Shown one piece after another: positions 61,097 through 64,000 of a stretch of DNA of 64,000 bases. The stretch's first letter is position 1; each line of letters begins with the position of its first letter. The DNA is from a bacterium (GTDB lineage Bacteria > Zhuqueibacterota > Zhuqueibacteria > Residuimicrobiales > Krinioviventaceae), in assembly GCA_963675755.2 (NCBI GenBank), contig CAXXMD010000003.1, forward strand, positions 864,001 to 928,000, read 5' to 3'. Below the pieces are notes generated by a model. That model had not been told where the DNA came from, did not search any database, and saw only the letters and a program-made list of their open reading frames with translations. The position numbers and the translations under genes are program-made.

Positions 61097-62776
61097 TTAT
61101 TCTACAAATTCAGCATCAAATGTATCAACAATGTTTTGCATTGATTTATTTTCTTTAACCAGCTTTTCAAATTCTTCTTTTTTATCCGGCGGCGGCGCTA
61201 TCTTTCTCACTTCTTCCAATACGCCTTTTTTGTCCGGAACACAATTTATCCGCAATGACTGTCCGGTATGGTTTTGTATGGCTTCCTGAATGATCGACTT
61301 GTTCCGCTCAACCGTACTCATTTGAAAACCATTTTGGGGATTAAAGGAAATTTCCAGAACAGGGCCATTCACCCGTGTTGGCCAGCCTTCGGTTAAACAG
61401 GAACCCACATTAATGCGTTGGTCCCGCACCTGGTTCAATACTTTTTCCCATACGGCTTCAATATCTTCAAGGGTTAATGTTGTATCTGCTTCAGGAGCTT
61501 CCGTATCATCCGTTTTGGATTCACTTTGAACCTGGGTAGTATCCGGCTTTTTTATAAGATCAATGGAGAATTTTCTGGCAGGTGCAGGTTTGGCTTGGGC
61601 CTGGGGTTGAGCTATATCCGTTTTTTTTACGAAATCAGCTTTTTTTTTTACATCATCAAGTCTTTGAAACAACTGATTCACGGTAACGCTCTTGCTCAGT
61701 TTGATCATTTTTACAAGCGCCACTTCAAGATGCAGACGCGCGTTAGAGCTGCGCCTTATGAGAGTTTCGGTCTCGCTGGCAATTTTCACCAGTCTCAGCA
61801 AATCTTCAACCTCAAATGCATCAACAACAGCCAGGTACCGTTGCGCATATTCTTCGGAAACATCCAGTTCATCTGTAGACTGGGTGGCCTTGGCCACCAG
61901 AATGTTTCTCAAATGTTCAGACAAGCCCATCAAAAATTCGCTGAAATCATATCCCTCAATAAAGATCTTGGCGGCCAACTGAACTCCGCCCTCAACATCC
62001 CCTTGCAGGATCAGATCACTGACCTGAAAGAACAGTTCCTGATTAATAATTCCCAGCAGATTTTCTACATCCGCACCGGTAATGGTTTTGCCGGCATAAG
62101 CAATAATTTGATCGAGAATACTTTGCGAGTCACGCATACTGCCGTCACCCTTGTTGGCAATATGGCGCAGGGCTTCATCTTCAATCTCGATATCTTCCTG
62201 TTTACACAGGTTCTTCAACTGCTCAATTAATCCCTTGTTGGTAATACGTTTAAAATCAAAACGCTGACAACGGGACAAAATGGTTGCCGGAAGCTTGTGG
62301 GCTTCGGTAGTTGCAAATACAAACAAGACGTTTTTGGGGGGCTCTTCAAGGGTTTTCAGCAAAGCGTTAAATGCTTCATTGGTTAGCATATGAACTTCAT
62401 CAATGATATAGATACGGTGTTTTCCGGGATTGGGAGAATAGCGCAAACTCTCACGCAGATTCCTAACCTCATCAATACCACGGTTAGACGCACCATCAAT
62501 CTCAAAAACATCCAGACTTCGGCTTTCGTTAATCTCCTGACAGAATGAGCAGGTGTTACAGGGATTGATTGTAGGGCCGTTTTCACAGTTTAAAGCTTTG
62601 GAAAGAATTCTGGCCACTGTGGTTTTACCAACACCACGGGGACCGGAAAAAAGATAGGCATTTGCAAGACGGTTCTGCTCAATGGCATTTTGCAGCGTAC
62701 GGGTAACGTGCTGCTGGCCCACTACATCATCAAAGAACATGGGTCGGTATTTTCTGGCCAAAACCAAATAAGACAT
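61097..62776 (-). CDS. dnaX: DNA polymerase III subunit gamma/tau
   Basis: LARKYRP, GPRGVGKT, DEVHML, SRC; A10 run at codons 376-379. Confidence 0.98.
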   Translation of the reverse strand: MSYLVLARKYRPMFFDDVVGQQHVTRTLQNAIEQNRLANAYLFSGPRGVGKTTVARILSKALNCENGPTINPCNTCSFCQEINESRSLDVFEIDGASNRGIDEVRNLRESLRYSPNPGKHRIYIIDEVHMLTNEAFNALLKTLEEPPKNVLFVFATTEAHKLPATILSRCQRFDFKRITNKGLIEQLKNLCKQEDIEIEDEALRHIANKGDGSMRDSQSILDQIIAYAGKTITGADVENLLGIINQELFFQVSDLILQGDVEGGVQLAAKIFIEGYDFSEFLMGLSEHLRNILVAKATQSTDELDVSEEYAQRYLAVVDAFEVEDLLRLVKIASETETLIRRSSNARLHLEVALVKMIKLSKSVTVNQLFQRLDDVKKKADFVKKTDIAQPQAQAKPAPARKFSIDLIKKPDTTQVQSESKTDDTEAPEADTTLTLEDIEAVWEKVLNQVRDQRINVGSCLTEGWPTRVNGPVLEISFNPQNGFQMSTVERNKSIIQEAIQNHTGQSLRINCVPDKKGVLEEVRKIAPPPDKKEEFEKLVKENKSMQNIVDTFDAEFVE

Positions 62777-62805
62777 ATCGTTACCGCTTGCTTGTTAAAA
62801 TTAAT

Positions 62806-62902
62806 AGCCAGGTGATCCTGCGGCACACAGATTGAGTACATACCGCTGCTACCTTCCGGTCCTGACGGGGTTTAGCACGCCTCCGTTGCGCAGGGCCTGG
62901 CT
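62806..62902 (-). ncRNA. ffs: Small SRP RNA (4.5S)
   Basis: Domain IV signature GTCAGGACCGGAAGGTAGCAGC; terminal AGCCAGG/CCTGGCT helix; upstream of dnaX. Confidence 0.96.
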
Positions 62903-62947
62903 TACATTTCAAATACATTTTCAATAATGGCTTTGCAATAGCCACAT

Positions 62948-62978
62948 AAAAAAAGAACTTGTCAAACAATGACAAGTT
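62948..62978 (-). terminator. Terminator after the tRNA cluster
   Basis: AACTTGTCA-N5-TGACAAGTT plus T tract on the minus strand. Confidence 0.6.
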
Positions 62979-62983
62979 GAAAG

Positions 62984-63069
62984 CGGAGAGGGCGGGATTC
63001 GAACCCGCGGTAGGGGTTGCCTACACACGCTTTCCAAGCGTGCTCCTTAAGCCACTCGAACACCTCTCC
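62984..63069 (-). tRNA. tRNA-Ser(GGA)
   Basis: Anticodon arm CACGC-TTGGAAA-GCGTG, long variable arm, GGTTCGAATCC; CCA not encoded. Confidence 0.97.
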
Positions 63070-63094
63070 GGGTAAAAATAAAGTTTTTTATGTG

Positions 63095-63179
63095 CGGAGA
63101 GACAGGGATTCGAACCCTGGGTACCCGAAGGCACAACGGTTTTCGAGACCGCCCGATTCAACCACTCTCGCATCTCTCC
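63095..63179 (-). tRNA. tRNA-Ser(CGA)
   Basis: GCGGT-CTCGAAA-ACCGT, long variable arm; CCA not encoded. Confidence 0.97.
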
Positions 63180-63195
63180 GATTGGTGCGTTCATG

Positions 63196-63651
63196 TTACC
63201 GTTTACGGATCTCGGCAAAAAAAGTTTTAATAATAGTGCTACACTCTTTTTCCATCACACCGCCTGTACAGGGAACCCTGACATCTAAACGATCATTGTC
63301 TGCTATCTGCAATGCAGAACCGCATGCACCATATCGGGGATCATATGCTCCAAACACCACTGTCTGGATCCTGGAAAGTAAAATGGCTCCCGCACACATG
63401 ACACAAGGCTCAAGTGTGGTATACAAAATACTATCTTCTAATCGCCATGAATGCGTTGCCTGTGATGCCGTTTGAATTGCCAGCATTTCAGCATGTGCGG
63501 TGGGATCCTGGCGTGTCTCTACCAGGTTATGTCCGTTGCCAATGATCTCCCCATTGCACACAATGATTGCGCCTATCGGCACTTCATCTTTGGCATAAGC
63601 CTCTTGAGCTTGAGCCAGTGCAAATCGCATCCAACTTGAATGATCATCCAT
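63196..63651 (-). CDS. tadA: tRNA adenosine(34) deaminase
   Basis: EVPIGA, HAE, EPCVMC; start moved to ATG 63651 to avoid overlap with tRNA-Arg. Confidence 0.95.
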   Translation of the reverse strand: MDDHSSWMRFALAQAQEAYAKDEVPIGAIIVCNGEIIGNGHNLVETRQDPTAHAEMLAIQTASQATHSWRLEDSILYTTLEPCVMCAGAILLSRIQTVVFGAYDPRYGACGSALQIADNDRLDVRVPCTGGVMEKECSTIIKTFFAEIRKR

Positions 63652-63675
63652 ATCGGGTGCCGTCGTCTTTATTAG

Positions 63676-63749
63676 CGCGCCCAAAGGGAGTCGAACCCCT
63701 AACCTTCTGGTCCGTAGCCAGACACTCTATCCAATTGAGCTATGGGCGC
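63676..63749 (-). tRNA. tRNA-Arg(ACG)
   Basis: TCTGG-CTACGGA-CCAGA; acceptor GCGCCCA/TGGGCGC. Confidence 0.97.
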
Positions 63750-63766
63750 GTATATTTTTACTTTCG

Positions 63767-63839
63767 CAGCGCATACGGGATTCGAACCCGTGTTACCGGC
63801 GTGAGAGGCCAGCGTCCTAAACCCCTAGACGAATGCGCC
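63767..63839 (-). tRNA. tRNA-Glu(CTC)
   Basis: CTGGC-CTCTCAC-GCCGG; acceptor GGCGCAT/ATGCGCT. Confidence 0.96.
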
Positions 63840-63854
63840 AACTGTTAGCTTGAA

Positions 63855-63883
63855 AATATAAGAACTTTTTATCTTTTTGTCAA
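63855..63883 (-). promoter_or_regulatory. Promoter of the tRNA-tadA cluster
   Basis: TTGACA-N17-TATATT. Confidence 0.75.
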
Positions 63884-64000
63884 CCTTTTTTAACATGTCC
63901 ATGCGTAAATAAAAAGTGTGGCATCTGTGTCCATAATTTTGTATATTGTACACACAGATGTGATGCGGGGATTTACACACTGAATACACCTTAACCATTA

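Noticed and set aside
62984-63839. tRNA-targeted integrative element
   Set aside because: No integrase and no duplicated tRNA 3' end seen in the window
62781-63848. ORFs overlapping ffs and the tRNAs
   Set aside because: Spurious frames over structural RNA genes

Overview
64 kb bacterial chromosome window with no integrase, transposase, CRISPR array or rRNA. Gene content (outer-membrane beta-barrels, many lipoproteins, group II GGGP synthase, Spt, sigma-54 regulator) suggests a Gram-negative FCB-associated lineage such as KSB1 or Calditrichota; this is inference only. Layout: (1) 1-5.8 kb is an AT-rich surface-protein island with three paralogous beta-barrels and an LRR lipoprotein, punctuated by a ~104-nt repeat folding into a four-way junction, a 449-bp near-identical promoter-bearing duplication, homologous ~200-nt 5' leaders and many REP-like palindromes. 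(2) 5.9-29 kb holds carbohydrate and accessory genes: manA, three tandem Asp-box lipoproteins plus a GH43-like enzyme, a divergent spt/cerR-like pair, tandem Gfo/Idh/MocA genes, an MNT-HEPN TA pair bracketed by a split palindrome, a WapI-like gene and GH172. (3) 29-64 kb is minus-strand, mostly housekeeping: a PlsA/PlsR-like pair, rnr, prmC-prfA, rpmE, rho, folC, hflX, GGGPS, alaS, pgpA-cinA-thpR-recA-recX, dnaX-ybaB-recR, SRP RNA, tadA and four tRNAs. Best leads: the junction repeat and leader architecture of the left island; sphingolipid-, plasmalogen/ether- and archaeal-type ether-lipid genes in one window; and an A10 slippage site in dnaX with immediate stops in both shifted frames. Family assignments come from motif recognition by eye, with no searches run.
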